Shown here piece by piece: positions 43,564 to 57,959 of a stretch of 64,000 nucleotides of DNA. The DNA lies in assembly GCF_009914755.1 (NCBI RefSeq), contig NC_060930.1; one strand, written 5' to 3'. The stretch is from the human T2T-CHM13v2.0 reference genome, Homo sapiens. Position numbers and translations under genes: made by a program. Position 1 is the first letter of the stretch. The number at the start of each line of letters is the position of its first letter. Under the pieces are notes generated by a model, which worked only from the letters and a program-made list of their open reading frames with translations, ran no database searches and was not told the DNA's origin.

Positions 43564-45129
43564 CATGCTCTCACTCTCTATATATCTATATAAATATATA
43601 GATATATATTTCAGTGAGGCAACTGAGGATCTGATAAATGCAGCAACTTGACTGGCTTCATAGCTAGAACATAGCAGAATTCAAATATGTGTGGTTTACA
43701 ACTCTTATTTCATCTCTTCATGCTACTTACAAACTTTATATGTGACAAAATACAGAAAACTAAGGAAATCCAGGTCTTAAAAAAAAAAAAAACTCCACAT
43801 TTCAAGTGAGAGTTCAATAGTATCTCTATCTTTTGAAGTAAAACAAAGCACAGAAGGAAAATCCAGATAAATTGCTTGGAATTTGCAATGAATCAGAATT
43901 TTACTTAATATAATAAGCCCAAAATGGAATGGGTTATTTGTCAAAGTGTTGAGTTTCTCATCTCCAAGCACATTTGTGGGGAGATTAGCCAAATGTCAGG
44001 GTCAACCTGGTTAATTTCCACTTCTACAATCAAATTTTCACTTTCTAACTGTTTAATCCTCACCACTTTTACAAGATAATAACCTAGACCTAAGTTGGCA
44101 GATTAGGTGGAACATTCATATGTGACCGAGAATGATAGAGCAACGATCATTACTGAGAGCTCTGTGTGAAAGAAGTATCAGAATGTAAATGATATAGCTG
44201 CTCCCATATGAAAAGCTATGAGTCTCGTTTTTATTTCTAACAAATTGGCTAATAGTCAACAGTGTGTATCAACCCATAAACAAATCTCACCTCTGTGGGC
44301 AAGTTATGCAAAATCTACAATAGAAGTTCTACACAAGAAAAATATACCTAACCAAACATTTTCAGAGAAGGAAAAACATAATTTTACAAAGGTCTAACAC
44401 CATGTGATTTTGATAATATGAAGCTAAATAATAAAGAACACTAAAATAATAAAGGAAGCAAAAAGTTTTGTTTTATTTAGTATGTTCATAATTAAATCAA
44501 AGAAGAATTCTCCATATTTTTTAGAGAAATTAAGATCGTATGGCTAAAAATATATTTATCCATGTAGACAGGACAAAAATAATTTGTGAAGGCTTTGTGG
44601 GTGAGCAGAAAAGCAACAAAAATATTTCAAAGGTAAAAAGACATGTAGAAAAAATTTAAATATTCATGTATATATAATATATATTTATGATAATGGGCTC
44701 TGTAATATAGTATGAAAAAAGATCCAAGAATGTTATGGAACTGTTCGTGAAGATATCAGCTAATGGGCTGCTGCAGCATATAAAAATACTGCAAATATGA
44801 ATATAAAAATACTTTAAATGTGAGAGGGGAAGGTGCTCTACCCTTTAAAAAAATTATGATATGCCTGTAACTGATTGCTAAAAATAGTTCTAGTCATTGT
44901 GCCTTAGGAAAGCCTTAATAGGCTAGAAGTGGATGGATATATGTTTATGTAAAAAGGTATATTATATATAATTGTTATCATTACTATCATAAGCAAACAA
45001 ATTCTATCATGTAAAGGAAAACATGTAAAACTCTTTAAGGCTGTAAAAATGAAAACAGGAGAGCTATTAGAGGTCAACATAACATAATAAAGTATATGTA
45101 ATGAATGACTCCTTTTTAATGAGTTCTCA

Positions 45130-45330
45130 CTATATTGTAAGCACAGTTCTAAGCACTTTACATGTATTAACTCATTTAATCTCCACAAAATCCCTTCCTG
45201 TAGGCACTATTAATGTCCCAGTGAGGTACAGAGAAGTCCAATACTTTGCCCCATGTCACACAGCTAGTAAGTAGCAGAGCCAAGATTAAAATGCAGGCAT
45301 TCTCATTTCAGGAAGTGCGAGCTTAATCCA
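45130..45330 (-). mobile_element. MIR SINE
   Basis: TTCTAAGCACTTTACATGTATTAACTCATTTAATCTCCACAA...GTCACACAGCTAGTAAGT. Confidence 0.7.
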
Positions 45331-47818
45331 CTGCCCTTGAAACTCAAATCTAATTTTTGTCTTGTCTCTCCACTGAGAATTCTTAAATGGAGAGCTAGTT
45401 GATACACTGGAAGTAGGTAAGTTTGAGGTAAATAATTATAAAATGAACTATAAACCTTGAAATCTTCAGAAGACAAATCTTCTGAATTCTCAGAGACAAA
45501 ACAAATGGAAAATACAAAACAAGAATCAGGAGGTCTCTAGAGTCACACAGACAATAGCATAAAGCAGGGAAAGCTGGGGTAGGTAAATCTCTAGCCTCTT
45601 GAAGCAAGCCTCTAGAAGGTCAGGTAGAGCCTCCCATGGGGCTGCACTTCATGCCCCCAACAGATACAGGCTGCAGAGCAGGATGAGTCTCTGACTTCAC
45701 CCCAGATGGCATTCATTCCTTCTGTGATATGGAAACGTCAGAACTGTGTCTACCTGTGTCAGTGTTCTCTGTATTGAGTTATAAATATCTGCAGGGTGGG
45801 GAACAGATCTTACTCACTTGACATATTACCCAGCTCAGCACCACACACAAGGTTCTTGATAAACAGATTTTAATTGTTATGATATGCCACTCTTTCACTC
45901 AATTTCACAATTTCATACACCCATAGGATCTACTTTAAGAAGTAAGAATGTGTTTTCAATCTATTTTTTGTCTGCCACTGCTAAGAATGTAGCTGAATGC
46001 ATGACTTTACAGCATTGTTTTAAATAGAGAATCTCAGTAAAATATTCTTTAGGGGAGTACCAAACCTAAGATTAATAACTGTTCATTTTACTGAATATTC
46101 TGACAAAGAATTTCTTCAGACTGGGGAAGTAAGTATTCTGAGGGATTTTCTCCATATACACAATCTGCCCTTCGGAATCCACTGAGCTTTTGTTCAGCTG
46201 CTGTGTTTTGTAGTTAACTTCATGCTGCTCTTGCTCACATTACCAGAGCATCTAGCATGAAACACAGTCTTGTCCTTTTCCAAACATCTGTTAGCTGGAA
46301 AAGGAATGTCACATGTCATCTCTCTCCCTCCTTCCATATTCTTTCACTTCCTGAGAATGCGAACCTATACAGGAGAGTATAAAAGAGCTTATTCAGTGGA
46401 GTTGGGTCAAGTGGCCAGCCAAGATTCACCTTTATTACATCTAGTAAATACAATGCTCTATTCCAACTTTGAGGGAACTTTTCCTCAAAAGACAGAGAAT
46501 GTCTCTTGCTGTGAGAATTGTGCAGTTTAAAAATCATATTGTTCATTTTTCTGCTCTCCTAAGAGTAAACAATCAACATTTGGTCTAGACTGGTCTTGAG
46601 GAGGGCATGGCTTTTAAGGACTTTCATGGGAGCTGTATCACCTGGAATCCTGGACTAAAATTGTGGGAGCTGGGGAAGAAAGCAGAGTTCTGCCATGGGA
46701 TCAGAAGTAGTAAGTAAAACTAGTCCAAGAAGTTACATAGTTAGAAATCAAAATCCCAAAAAGCTAATGATGTATATGCTAATTACCTTTACTTTCTTTC
46801 TATAAGCCTTCCTTTGCAGCTATGAATTTACTTTTAGCTAAATTCATTATAATCACATAAACATGTCCACCATTTGATGCCTACAACAGTGACATGACAG
46901 TACAGGATAAGCCACAGCTCCTCCTCAGGGAGTGCCTTCTTCACATAGCCTTGCCCAGTTTCCCTTAGGGAAAGTGCATTTGTTCTTGACTCTATTTCAA
47001 AACAACTGCTTGTATTCACTATACAGATCAGTGAACCCATTCTTAGATGTTAGCTATCTTCTCCACTACATGCAAAAGTGGGGACCAGGTTTGTTCTCTA
47101 TATGCCACTATTTCATACATAATGCACTGGTCTTCCACTGCACTCTTCACATAGTAGGTATGCTTCTTGCATTATATTTTCTTAACCTACTAAAGATAAC
47201 TCACATCCTCCCAAATTTTACCACAGCTTGCCTCCAAGTCTGCACTTCAGTCTTTCAGAATGGTCAGTCAGAAATACAAGAGTGAAGGTTGGGTACACAC
47301 ACATTAAGAAGTGAGGAGAAATGTTATATGTTGACAACTGATTATTTTAATATATGCTAGACCCTATAAGTGGCTATCATTATTCATGCTGTGCATTTCA
47401 AATATAATTTGAAAACAGGTTTCCACCTTTAGTCATTTAATCTCAAAGCATATTTATTAGAAAGAGGCCAAAGCTTTGAGAAAAACAAAGATTATTCTCT
47501 CAATAACAACCAAAATAGAAATAAATTTTTTTATAGCATACTTATGCTTCTGAAACTCAGTGCCTATTGAACTTAAATGATTATTCAAACCAAATGAGCT
47601 TTCCTAGATGAATATTTTGAATTGTTTAGTTTTTATTATCTTTATAAATTCACTGTGTAGTACAGAAGGGCAATTCTTCATAAACTTCTCCTGAGTGGAC
47701 ATATAACAAGTATAATTATGCTGCCCTTATTCTTACTGGCATTCAAATAATTGACATTTTTTAAAAAGATTTACTGTCAATATTTTGGTTAAAAACATTT
47801 TAATGATTAGCTTCATAC

Positions 47819-47848
47819 CTCCTGCAGAAGGTCCTCTTCATTATTCAT
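47819..47848 (-). CDS. LGSN: Lengsin coding exon 1 (MNNEEDLLQE)
   Basis: The minus strand reads GAG ATG AAT AAT GAA GAG GAC CTT CTG CAG GAG|GTATGA. It is 30 nt with a phase-0 donor, joins exon 2 in frame, and matches the recalled lengsin N-terminus. Confidence 0.93.
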
Positions 47849-47910
47849 CTCAACACTTTTTAAGTTCAGCGTTAGAAACCACAATATCCTCAACAAATGC
47901 ATTCAACATG

Positions 47911-47918
47911 TATTTATA
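47911..47918 (-). promoter_or_regulatory. TATA box of LGSN (TATAAATA); predicted TSS near 47885
   Basis: Canonical TATAAATA about 65 nt upstream of the ATG on the gene strand. Confidence 0.7.
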
Positions 47919-50900
47919 TGTGTACCTACAACAAAGACTGCAGATGATGAATTCCATAGAGGCTTTTCCAGAGGGGTCTGGCAGGTAATAAAAGATAAAC
48001 ATCAGATTCTGATGTGTCATGCCCAAGGCACAGTATGCTGGAAATGCACTAGAAGAATCGAATGACAAATGCTTGTTTACGCCTGACTCCCTGCAAACAA
48101 AAGACATACAAAGCTTAAAATTGTGTTGGTTGATTTTTTTCTCCAACATACAGAATTTTTGTTACATAACAATTGTATTCTGGAATGATATCTATTGTCA
48201 GATTCAGATGATGAAACACTTATTAGACGACTATGCTATCAAAGCCCACAGACAAAAGCACAGATGGAAAAATACAGCTATAAGTGACCCAGATTTTTAC
48301 CAATGGCAAAGATCCACTCATTTGTAATTCTCATTTTTATTTTCTTTTCTAGGTCCCTCTGGCCTCCAAATTAATTCTGGACCTTCATTATAAAACTGAA
48401 ATATCTTTCTTTAGCTTTTCCAATTCTCCGATGTCAGTCTGTGACAAATCCCAGACCATCCCCACTGTGCACAATGAACACAGAATCATCTACAGGCTGC
48501 CCCATATGGTCCCATAAACAATCCTAACTCAGTAGAGGAAATAGGGAATGCTTTCTCTTCACTAGTAAAGGGGGTTTGAAATCACACTTCTGCTGCTATC
48601 AACTCAACTTCAAGTATTGTTGATGAAGGAGGATATGCAGTTTCTTCTGAACCAAACCAAATTCTCTCTAAGCATTTTCCATGTGGAAGTGTATAGTCTC
48701 CATGGCTAATCACTTCTTCCTGGTCTTCTGGGCCTGAGGAAGACCAAGCCAATACTTACAACCACTCAATCCTGCCTGACTCTCTTGGCCCATTTCAAAA
48801 GCCCCATTTCCTAAAGACAGTGATTAACTATTCCTATTTCCATTCCATTGGTACTTGTTCCATGACTGACTCTAAAGCTTCTGCTCTGTGTAGCCTGATC
48901 TACAACCAGATCTTGAATTTGGACCTAGTTCTGATGCTGATGCCAGCCTGAAACTGCATCCTGAATATGGCTGTTTTGGACTCTTGAACCTCCCCAAGAA
49001 AAGGGATTCTATCTCCTATCCTAGTATTTGACTTGCTCTTGGTGCTTTCCCCCAGATCTCTAGTAGGGTGTTTAATTCCCACAATGTCTTGTACCAGAGC
49101 CTTACCTAAGTTTTTCTCAATCCTCTTCTGAGACCACATTTGCTTCCACTTTTACAACTTTTTCTTGCATGTGCTTGTCTCCATGCAAAACAGGTGCCAT
49201 TGAGCTATGGAAAAAAATGTTTTGTGAAAAATTTCGTTTTTGTTTCAGAAATGTTCCCTTTCCTATATCAAAGAAAAGAACTCCAAGCTGGTTTACATGT
49301 TCAGTTACATATTGGGACATGTTTTAAAAAAATCATTCCTTTATAGTACTACTTACCCAAATTTTCTCCTGGGAGTTTTATTGTTATTGAATATGCAATT
49401 TGATTCATTTCATCTTCTTTTCCTTACCTTATTTTGACAATCTCTTCTTCTCAATGTGTATCCATGATTTTTTTATAATATCCTTTCCTGAACCTTGATT
49501 TGCCCATTTTTGTAAAAAGTGTTCTAAAGCTTGGTTGGACATATGGTGTATAACCTAATTTATGGTATTAGCATGATACATATTTTAAAAGTATTACCAT
49601 TATTTAGAATCAGTTTTTCCAAAGGAAAAACCAAATGTCAGTAAAGGGCTTAACAAATAGATTAGAAAAATAATAAATGGTCAATAAGTCCATATTAAAC
49701 ACTTTCATTCACAAGCATTTGTTCAATCTGTACTATATCCAGAAAGCTATCTTAGTCAAAATGAATATAGTCATTGAGCCATGAATGTAAATGATACAAG
49801 TCTTTCTCTTACCACTCTTCTGAGACAACATATGGAAAGACCGTTCAACTCAAGTACTTCTCCTGCCAAAAAGTTGTAATCTAATTGAATGGATCCAGAG
49901 AAGAGTAACTAAAATGATTAAAGGAATTATGGGATTCATTTCATGAGAACAGATTGCAGAAGCTAAAGCTTACTAAGTACCAACAAGGGGAAACAATATG
50001 TTGTTTACCACTAAGTTACTGCCTTCTGATGAATTATTGAACAGGATTGGAAGAGCAAAGGATGCAAATTAGGTAAAGGATTAAATCTATTCTTTCACTG
50101 TGGGAGAAAATGAAATCACAATGAATCTGTTTTTGTTTCATGTTTACATATATTATATGTTACAGTACAGTGTATAAAATACAAAGTTCTTGTCTTCCCA
50201 GCACTAACTGATAAGGAAATAGGGTGAAAACATGCCCAATGAGACCAAGGGAATAACTGACTTGTGAGAATAATAGCCAAGTTCAGTGAAGGAAATAATC
50301 TTTCTTATGACCTTCATGAATCACAAAAATATGGTTTCAGGTCAGCATAAGAACATAACAACCACGACAGAAGGATACTTCCACCCTACCTTTCTCCCGA
50401 TTTGTTGTTGTTCTAGAAGCTGCATGGGTTTGTTCCTCCTTTATATGCATCTAATTATGACATACCTAACAGGAAGACTACATTGACACCCTTTATTGAA
50501 GATAACATCATACAAAAATTATAAGGAGTAATATTTGAGCTTCCCTAGTGGTTCTAGAACTCCTGTTCACAAAGGCCCCCAAAAGTTCCTTTCATGAATC
50601 CAGTCCCCATTTCTTTTCAGTTCTTCCCAGAAATACCTCATTTTCTAAGAAAATGGTAGATCTGTTTACAGAATTAAGATTTAAAACCGATGATTAAAAA
50701 ATATTGGAGTGAGGACAGGTAGAAAATCAGTGAATTCAGGGCTGAGCGGAAACACACATTGGCAGGGAAACTGAAGAATATTTTTGTGTGTCCTTTTCAT
50801 TTGTTTCAGAAAGGGAATTTCTCCTCTCATCTGCCCCTTCGATAAACCTAAGTAAGCAATGAGTAGAAAACAGCGTAACTCCCTGAAAAAAATTATTTTG

Positions 50901-51149
50901 TAAAGTTGATACAATTTAAAACTAGTTTAAAATCATTTTAATTTAGCATTTTCAATGATTTTCACATATCCTTAAGCATTTATATATTTAGCACAAGCTT
51001 CATAAAGTTAAATGAAGTCAGTTGTGAAAGTGGAAGCATGAAATTCTGAATTCCAAGGCACATAAGGAGCTTGCAATCACATATAATAAGTTAAAAATTA
51101 TTCCAAAACAGCCCAAGCTATTTTTAGAAGGAGAGTGCCACAGAATACA

Positions 51150-51320
51150 TTTCTTTTTATTTGTAAGATTTATGGAGTCCAGGTGCAGTTTTGTTACATG
51201 AATATAGTGCATAGTGGTGAAGTCTTGGCTTTTAGTGTAGCCATCACCGGAATAGTATACATTGTACCTGTTAAGTAATTTCTCATCACTCATCCCACTC
51301 CACCCTTTTGAGTCTCTACT
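51150..51320 (-). mobile_element. L1 (L1MA/L1PB) 3'-end fragment
   Basis: GTGCAGTTTTGTTACATG...GTGGTGAAGTCT.GGCTTTTAGTGTA motif. Confidence 0.65.
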
Positions 51321-51459
51321 GTCTATTCACAGAAGACATTTTTATAACACCATTAATTTTAAAAAATTGGTAGCTGGTGTTGTCCTTGTTTCCTTCTTTT
51401 AATGGCATCATTCTACTTATTGTGATAATATCTACAAATTCTTGAGAGCACCAAAACCT

Positions 51460-51463
<4 letters not shown>

Positions 51464-51515
<52 letters not shown>
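51464..51515. repeat. (CA)n microsatellite
   Basis: Seen directly. Confidence 0.95.
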
Positions 51516-51518
<3 letters not shown>

Positions 51519-51645
51519 TATGTTAATCAATATTAGCATATTTAAAAATATAATAATAATGGGCATTGTACATATTAACATAAATAGCATTTTTTATAGA
51601 AAATTGATTTCTTATTTTCACAAATTGCTCTAATGTCTAGCTTAA

Positions 51646-51980
<335 letters not shown>

Positions 51981-52734
51981 TGCATTTATTCTTTTGATAC
52001 AGCCCATGTCATGCAACCTCTGGAAAACTTCACTATACACTAATGCTAGATGAGAATGAAAAGGCAAATAGAGTCTTACCATTACTGTGAAAATAATTTT
52101 GACCTCACAGTCTCCTCAAAGGTTCTTGGAATCCCTAGGGGTCCCTGAACCATACTTTCAGAACTGCTGCTGTAGTGAAACAACCAGCAGATTAAAGACT
52201 TGAGTTCTATAGGAAACACTGTTTTTTAAAGACATATCACATAGTTTTCTTGATAACAGTTTCCTTTTGTGCAAAATGTGGTTTAGGGCAAGATGATCTC
52301 AGGTTTCTCTTAACTCTGTTCTGTGATTGTGTAAGATATTAAATGAATTTTATAAAACAACTGAGAATACACATTGTCTTCATGAGCACATGGAATATTC
52401 TCCAGGACAGACTATATGTTAGGACACAAAACAAGTCTAAACAAACTTTTAAAAATTAAAATTATATCAAGTGTTTTATCAGACTCCAATTAAATAAAAC
52501 TAAAAATCAACATCAAGAGGAACTTTGGAAACTCTACAAATACATGCAAATTAAACAACATGCTCCTGAATGGTCACTGGGTCAATGAAGAAATTGAGAA
52601 GAAAATAAAAAAAAATTTTTTGGAAACAAATGAAAATAGAAAAACTACATACCAAAATGTGTGGGGTACAGCAAAAGCTCTGCTAAGAGGGAAGTTGATA
52701 GCAATAAACACCTACATAAAAAAAAAAAACAGGA

Positions 52735-53032
52735 GGCTGCACATGGTGGCTCATGCCTGTAATCCCAGCACTCTGGGAGGCCGAGGCGGTCACATCACAA
52801 ATTCAGGAGATCAAGACTATCCTGGCCAACATGGTGAAACCCCGTCCCTACTAAAAACACAAAAATTAGCTGGGCGTGGTTGAGCGCCTATAGTTCCAGC
52901 TACTCAGGGGACTCAGGCAGGAGGATCTCTTGAACCTGGGAGGCAGAGGTTGCAGTGAGCTGAGATCACACCACTGCACTCCAGCCTAGAAGACTGAGTG
53001 AAACTCTGTCTCAAAAAAAAAAAAAAAAAAAA
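52735..53032 (+). mobile_element. Alu (AluS-like) inside L1
   Basis: Alu dimer with A tail. Confidence 0.9.
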
Positions 53033-53506
53033 GGAGAAAATTTTCAAATATATAATCTAATGATGCACCTTAAGGAACTTGATTAAAAAACACAAAACAA
53101 ACAAACAAAAAGAACAAACCAAACCCAAAACTAGTGCAAGGAAAGAAATAATAAATATCAGAGCAGAACTCAATGAGATAGAAACTAATAAAATAATACA
53201 AAGGTTCAACCAAACACATTGGTTCTTTGAAAAGATAAACAACATTAATAAATCCCTAGCTAGACTAACCAGGAAGAGAGAAGATCCAAATAAGCAAAAT
53301 TAGAAATGGAAAAGGAGACATAACTGATATCACAGAAATACAAAAGATCATCAGAGACTGTTATAAACAATTATACACTAACAAACTGGAAAATCTAGAG
53401 GAAAAGGAGAAATTCCTAGAAACATAGAACCTACCAAGATTGAATAAGGAATAAATAGAAAACCTGAACAAACCAATAATGAGTAGCAAGGTAGAATCAG
53501 TAATAA

Positions 53507-54926
53507 TGTGTCCGGAATTGGTGGGTTCTGGGTCTCACTGACTTCAAAAATGAAGCCGCAGACCCTCACGGTGAGTGTTACAGCTTTTAAGGTGGCGCAT
53601 CTGGAGTTTGTTCCTTCTGATGTTCAGATGTGTTCGGAGTTTCTTCCTTCTGGTGGGTTCGTGGTCTCGCTGGCTTCAGGAGTGAAGCTTCAGACCTTTG
53701 CGGTGAGTTTTACAGCTCATAAAAGCAGTGTGGACCCAAAGAGTGAGCAGTAGCAAGATTTATTGCAAAGAGCGAAAGAACAAAGCTTCCACAGTGTGGA
53801 AGGGGACCCGAGTGGGTTGCCACTGCTGGCTTGGGCAGCCTGCTTTTATTCTCTTATCTGGCCCCACCCACATCCCGCTGATTGGTAGAGCCGAGTGGTC
53901 TGTTTTGACAGGGCACTGATTGGTGGGTTTACAATCCCTACAATCCCTGAGCTCGACACAAAGGTTCTCCACGTCCCCACCAGATTAGCTAGATACAGAG
54001 TGTCCACACAAAGGTTCTCCAAGGCCCCACCAGAGTAGCTAGATACAGAGTGTCGATTGGTGCGTTCACAAACCCTGAGCTAGACACAAGGTGCTGATTG
54101 GTGTGTTACAAACCTTGAGCTAGATACAGTGCCGACTGGTATATTTACAATCCCTGAGCTAGATACAAGGTGCTGATTGGTGTGTTTACAAACCTTGAGC
54201 TAGATACAGAGTGCCGATTGGTATATTTACAATCCCTGAGCTAGACATAAAGGTTCTCCACATCCCCACCAGACTCAGAAGCCCAGCTGGCTTCACCCAG
54301 TGGATTCTGCACCAGGGCTGCAGATGGAGCTGCCTGCCAGTCCCGTGCCATGCACCTGCACTCCTCAGCCCTTGGGTGGTCGATGGGACTGGGCACTGTG
54401 GAGCAGGGGGTGGCGCTTGTTGAGGAGGCTTGGGCCGCACAGGAGCCCACGGAGGAGGTGGGAGGCTCAGGCATGGCGGGCTGCAGGTCCTGAGCCCTCA
54501 GGCCCCACAGGAAGGCAGCTAAGGCCCAGCAAGAAATCGAGCACAGCGCTGGTGTGCTGGCACTGCTAGGGGACCCAGTACACCCTCTGCAGCTGCTGGC
54601 CTGGGTGCTAAGCCCCTCATTGCCCAGGGCCAGCAGCGCCTGCCGGCTGCTTTGAGTGCAGGGCCTGCCAAGCCCACGCCCACCCAGAACTCCAGCTGGC
54701 CCGCAAGTGCCGTGCGCAGCCCCAGTTCCAACTCACGCCTCTCCCTCCACACCTCCCTGCAAGCTGAGGGAGCGGGCTCTGGCCTTGGCCAGCCCAGAAA
54801 GGGGCTCCCATAGTGCAGCGGTGGGCCAAAGGGCTCCTCAAGTGCCACCAAAGTGGGAGCCCAGGCAGAGGAGGCGCCGAGAGCGAGCGAGGGCTGTGAG
54901 GACTGCCAGCACGCTGTCACCTCTCA
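53507..54926 (-). mobile_element. LTR12 3' LTR of the ERV9 provirus
   Basis: Full LTR12 termini, enhancer repeats, and the CCAAT-GC box-GATA-AATAAAA promoter. Confidence 0.95.
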
Positions 54927-55049
54927 ATCCCCCCTCTAAACAGGACACCCTAACTGCTGTTGGCAATTTGGCTGATGACCACTCTAGCTACTTCCTGCTG
55001 GATAGGGGTGAAGAAGGGGCCCTGCAGTTGTAGTGTCCTTCAGAGGGGA

Positions 55050-55560
55050 ACTCTCTAGACCAGGTAAAGTGCCAGTGGGTCGGTCCAGGGGTCCTCAGTA
55101 GAAGTTGTTAGTTGAACTCATTTGGGGTTCCATTTGTAAAACCATCTGTAGCTTGATGGCCTCGATTCTAGAGGAAACAAATTTGACAAGAAGGTTAAAA
55201 ATACAGGCCCCAAAGGTAAGTAACAGCAAGATGGCTGCCATGGGACCTAGAAAGGGGAGAAGCCATGTTGCCCAACTCCAGAGGTTGGTATAAGAATTTG
55301 AAAGGTGTTGTCTGATTTCGGAAGCCTTTTCCTGTAAACGCTGGGCGGCATCTCATGCTATCCCAGACTGGTTAGTGTAGAAACAACACTCTTCCCCTAA
55401 GAAGGTGCAGAGTCCTCCTTTCTCAGCAGTGAGGAGGTCTAGGCCTCGGCAGTATTGGAGAGTCGCTGCTGCCAAAGAGTCTATTTGGGATTGTAAAGTA
55501 AGGATAGATTTCATTATTTCTTGCAAACTGTCTGAGAGGCAGATATGGGTTGAAGATCCA
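55050..55560 (-). pseudogene. ERV9 env TM remnant
   Basis: Immunosuppressive-domain-like LQYCRGLDLLTAEKGGLC and CX6CC (CTFLGEECC). SU is largely missing. Confidence 0.88.
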
Positions 55561-55761
55561 CATAAGTAGGATATGCCTTGGCTGGGTAGATGGACATTTA
55601 CCCTGGCTTTTAAAGGAATAGGGTACACTGTTTTTTCTTTACTACTTCCATCTCTCTTTCTTTCTCTTCAACTTCTCCTTTATCTTTTCCTCTCTCTGTC
55701 TCTTTCTCTTTCTCTTTCTCTCTTTCCTTCTTGCTGGTCTTTCCCTACCTCTGCCAGCCGC

Positions 55762-57950
55762 TTATGCTGCTGTTCTCCCCTCTCCTTCCCATTTTGATGG
55801 CTTTGGTAGTGTAAGACTCCCACCTCTTTGTGTTCCTGCACCGTGTGCAGTAACTCCATAACTTCCCTGTGGCATCCAGTGGGGGTTCCCAGAGGTTAGG
55901 AACTCCCATTCTTTCCATATCGCAGCATGGGCATGTAGGATTAGATAAGCATACTTGCTATCTGTATACACATTTATTCTTTTTCCCTTTCCCAGTTCTA
56001 AGGCTCGGGTAAGTGCCACTAGTTCTGCTAACTGGGCACTGGTCCCTGGGGGAAGAGGCTTGCTTTCAAGTATGATTACATCAATAACTATGGCATAACC
56101 TGCCCTTCATATCCCATTTTCCACAAATGAACTTCCATTGGTATATAGGTTAAGGTCAGGATTAGTTAAGGGGACTTCTAAGAGATCATCTTGGGCGGCA
56201 TAAGTCTGGACTATAATTTGTTGGCAGTCATGCTCGATTGGTTCCCCATCCTCTGGGAGAAAAGGGGCAGGGTTGAGGGCCACGCACATGCATATTTCAA
56301 GCACTGGTCCCTCAAGGAGTAGTGCCTGGTATCTAAGTAGGTTGTTGTCTGATAGCCATAAACTTCCTTTGGCACCTAGTGTGCCATTTACATCATGAGT
56401 ACTCCAGACAGTGAGATCCTTTCCTTGTATTATTTTGATAGCCTCTGACACTAAGATGGCCACTGCTGCAACTACCCTTAAACAGTGAGGCCAGCCTTTT
56501 GCTACTACATCAATTTCCTTACTTAGGTATGCCACTGGTTGTGGGGTTGTCCCACGAGTCTGAGTAAGGACTCCAAGAGCTATCCTGGCTCTCTCTGTGA
56601 CGTATAAAGAGAAGTTCTGTCCTGTAGGAAGGCTTAAAGCTGGAGCTTGTACTAGGACCTGCTTTAAGGTTTTGAAGGCTGTTTCTGCCTCTGGTTCCCA
56701 TTCTACTAGATGAGTATTTGCCCTCTGGGTTTCCTTGATTGGAGTATAGAGGAGCCTGGCTATCTCGCTGCATCCAGGGATCCATAGTTGGCAAAAGCCG
56801 GTAATTCCAAGGAACCCCTTCAACTGTTTTAATGTCTTAGGGCAAGGATAAGCCAGTAAAGGCTGTATTCATTCCTTGCTGAGGGCCCTGGTCCCTCTGG
56901 CTAAGATTAGACCTAGATATTTAACCTGCTGTAGGCAAAGCTGGGCCTTCGACCTAGACAACTTGTACCCTTGATTAGCTAGAAAGTTCAACAGATCTAG
57001 AATAGCCTGCTGGCACGAGGCTTCTGAACTGGTAGCCAGAAGTAAATCATCCACATATTGAAGGACCAGAGTGCCTGGACTTGAGAAGTAGCTTAGATCT
57101 TGGGCCAGTGCCTGACCAAACAGATGAGGGCTATCCCTAAACCCTTGGGGCAAGACCGTCCACATAAGTTGGGACGTGTGGTCTGTGGGATCCTGGGAGT
57201 CAGAGTGCAGGGGAATACAAAAGAAGGCATCCTTGATGTCCAGAACGATGAACCATTCTGCTTCCTCTGGTATTTGAGAGAGCAGGGTATAGGGGTTGGG
57301 TACAACTGGATATAGTGGAATTACTGCCTCAATGAGTCTAAGATCTTGCACTAGTCTCCACTGACCGTTCGGTTTTTGTACTCCCAGAATTGGGGTGTTG
57401 CAGGGACTGCTGCATTTCCTTACTAAGCCTTGAGCCTTCAAATGTTTAACAATATTCTGTAATCCTTTATGAGCTTCAGACCTTAAGGGATATTGCCTTT
57501 GATAAGGAAAAGTTGTGGGATCTTTTAACCTGATTTGGACTGGGCGGGCATTTTTTGCCTTTCCAGATTCTCCTTCCAATGCCCAGACTTCAGGGTTGAT
57601 TTCCTCCTCAAGTAGGGGACAACAAATGGGTAACTTTTTCCCCATACTCATGCAGAAAATAGCTCCAGCCTTGGCTAATATATCCCTCCCTAATAAGGGT
57701 GTGGGACTTTCAGGCATAACAAGAAAGGCATGTGAAAAGAGCAAAGTCTCCCAATTACAACTGAGAAGGTGGGAGAAATACCTGGTTACAGGCTGTCCCA
57801 GGATTCCTCAGATGGTAATGGACCTTGAGGACAGTCATCCAGGACAGGAGATTAACACTGAGAAGGCCGCGCTAGTGTCCAGGAGGAAGTCAATTTCCTG
57901 GCCCTCAATAGTTAAACATACCCGGGGCTCAGTGAGGGTGATGACATGAG
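55762..57950 (-). pseudogene. ERV9 pro-pol remnant (protease, RT, RNase H); integrase absent
   Basis: LLDTSA protease-like site, LPQGF and YVDD RT motifs, RNase H NVYTDSKYA. Contains stops and frameshifts. Confidence 0.92.
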
Positions 57951-57959
57951 CTGGCGCTT

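Noticed and set aside
43600-47700. Repeat-poor stretch of intron 1 as a possible enhancer or extra exon
   Set aside because: No convincing ORF/splice-site combination was found, and conservation cannot be assessed from this sequence alone.
56107-57744. Long pol ORFs (291 and 238 aa) as a functional RT or domesticated gene
   Set aside because: Split by stops/frameshifts, with an apparent deletion in RT (SDSQ^DPT), and integrase is missing.
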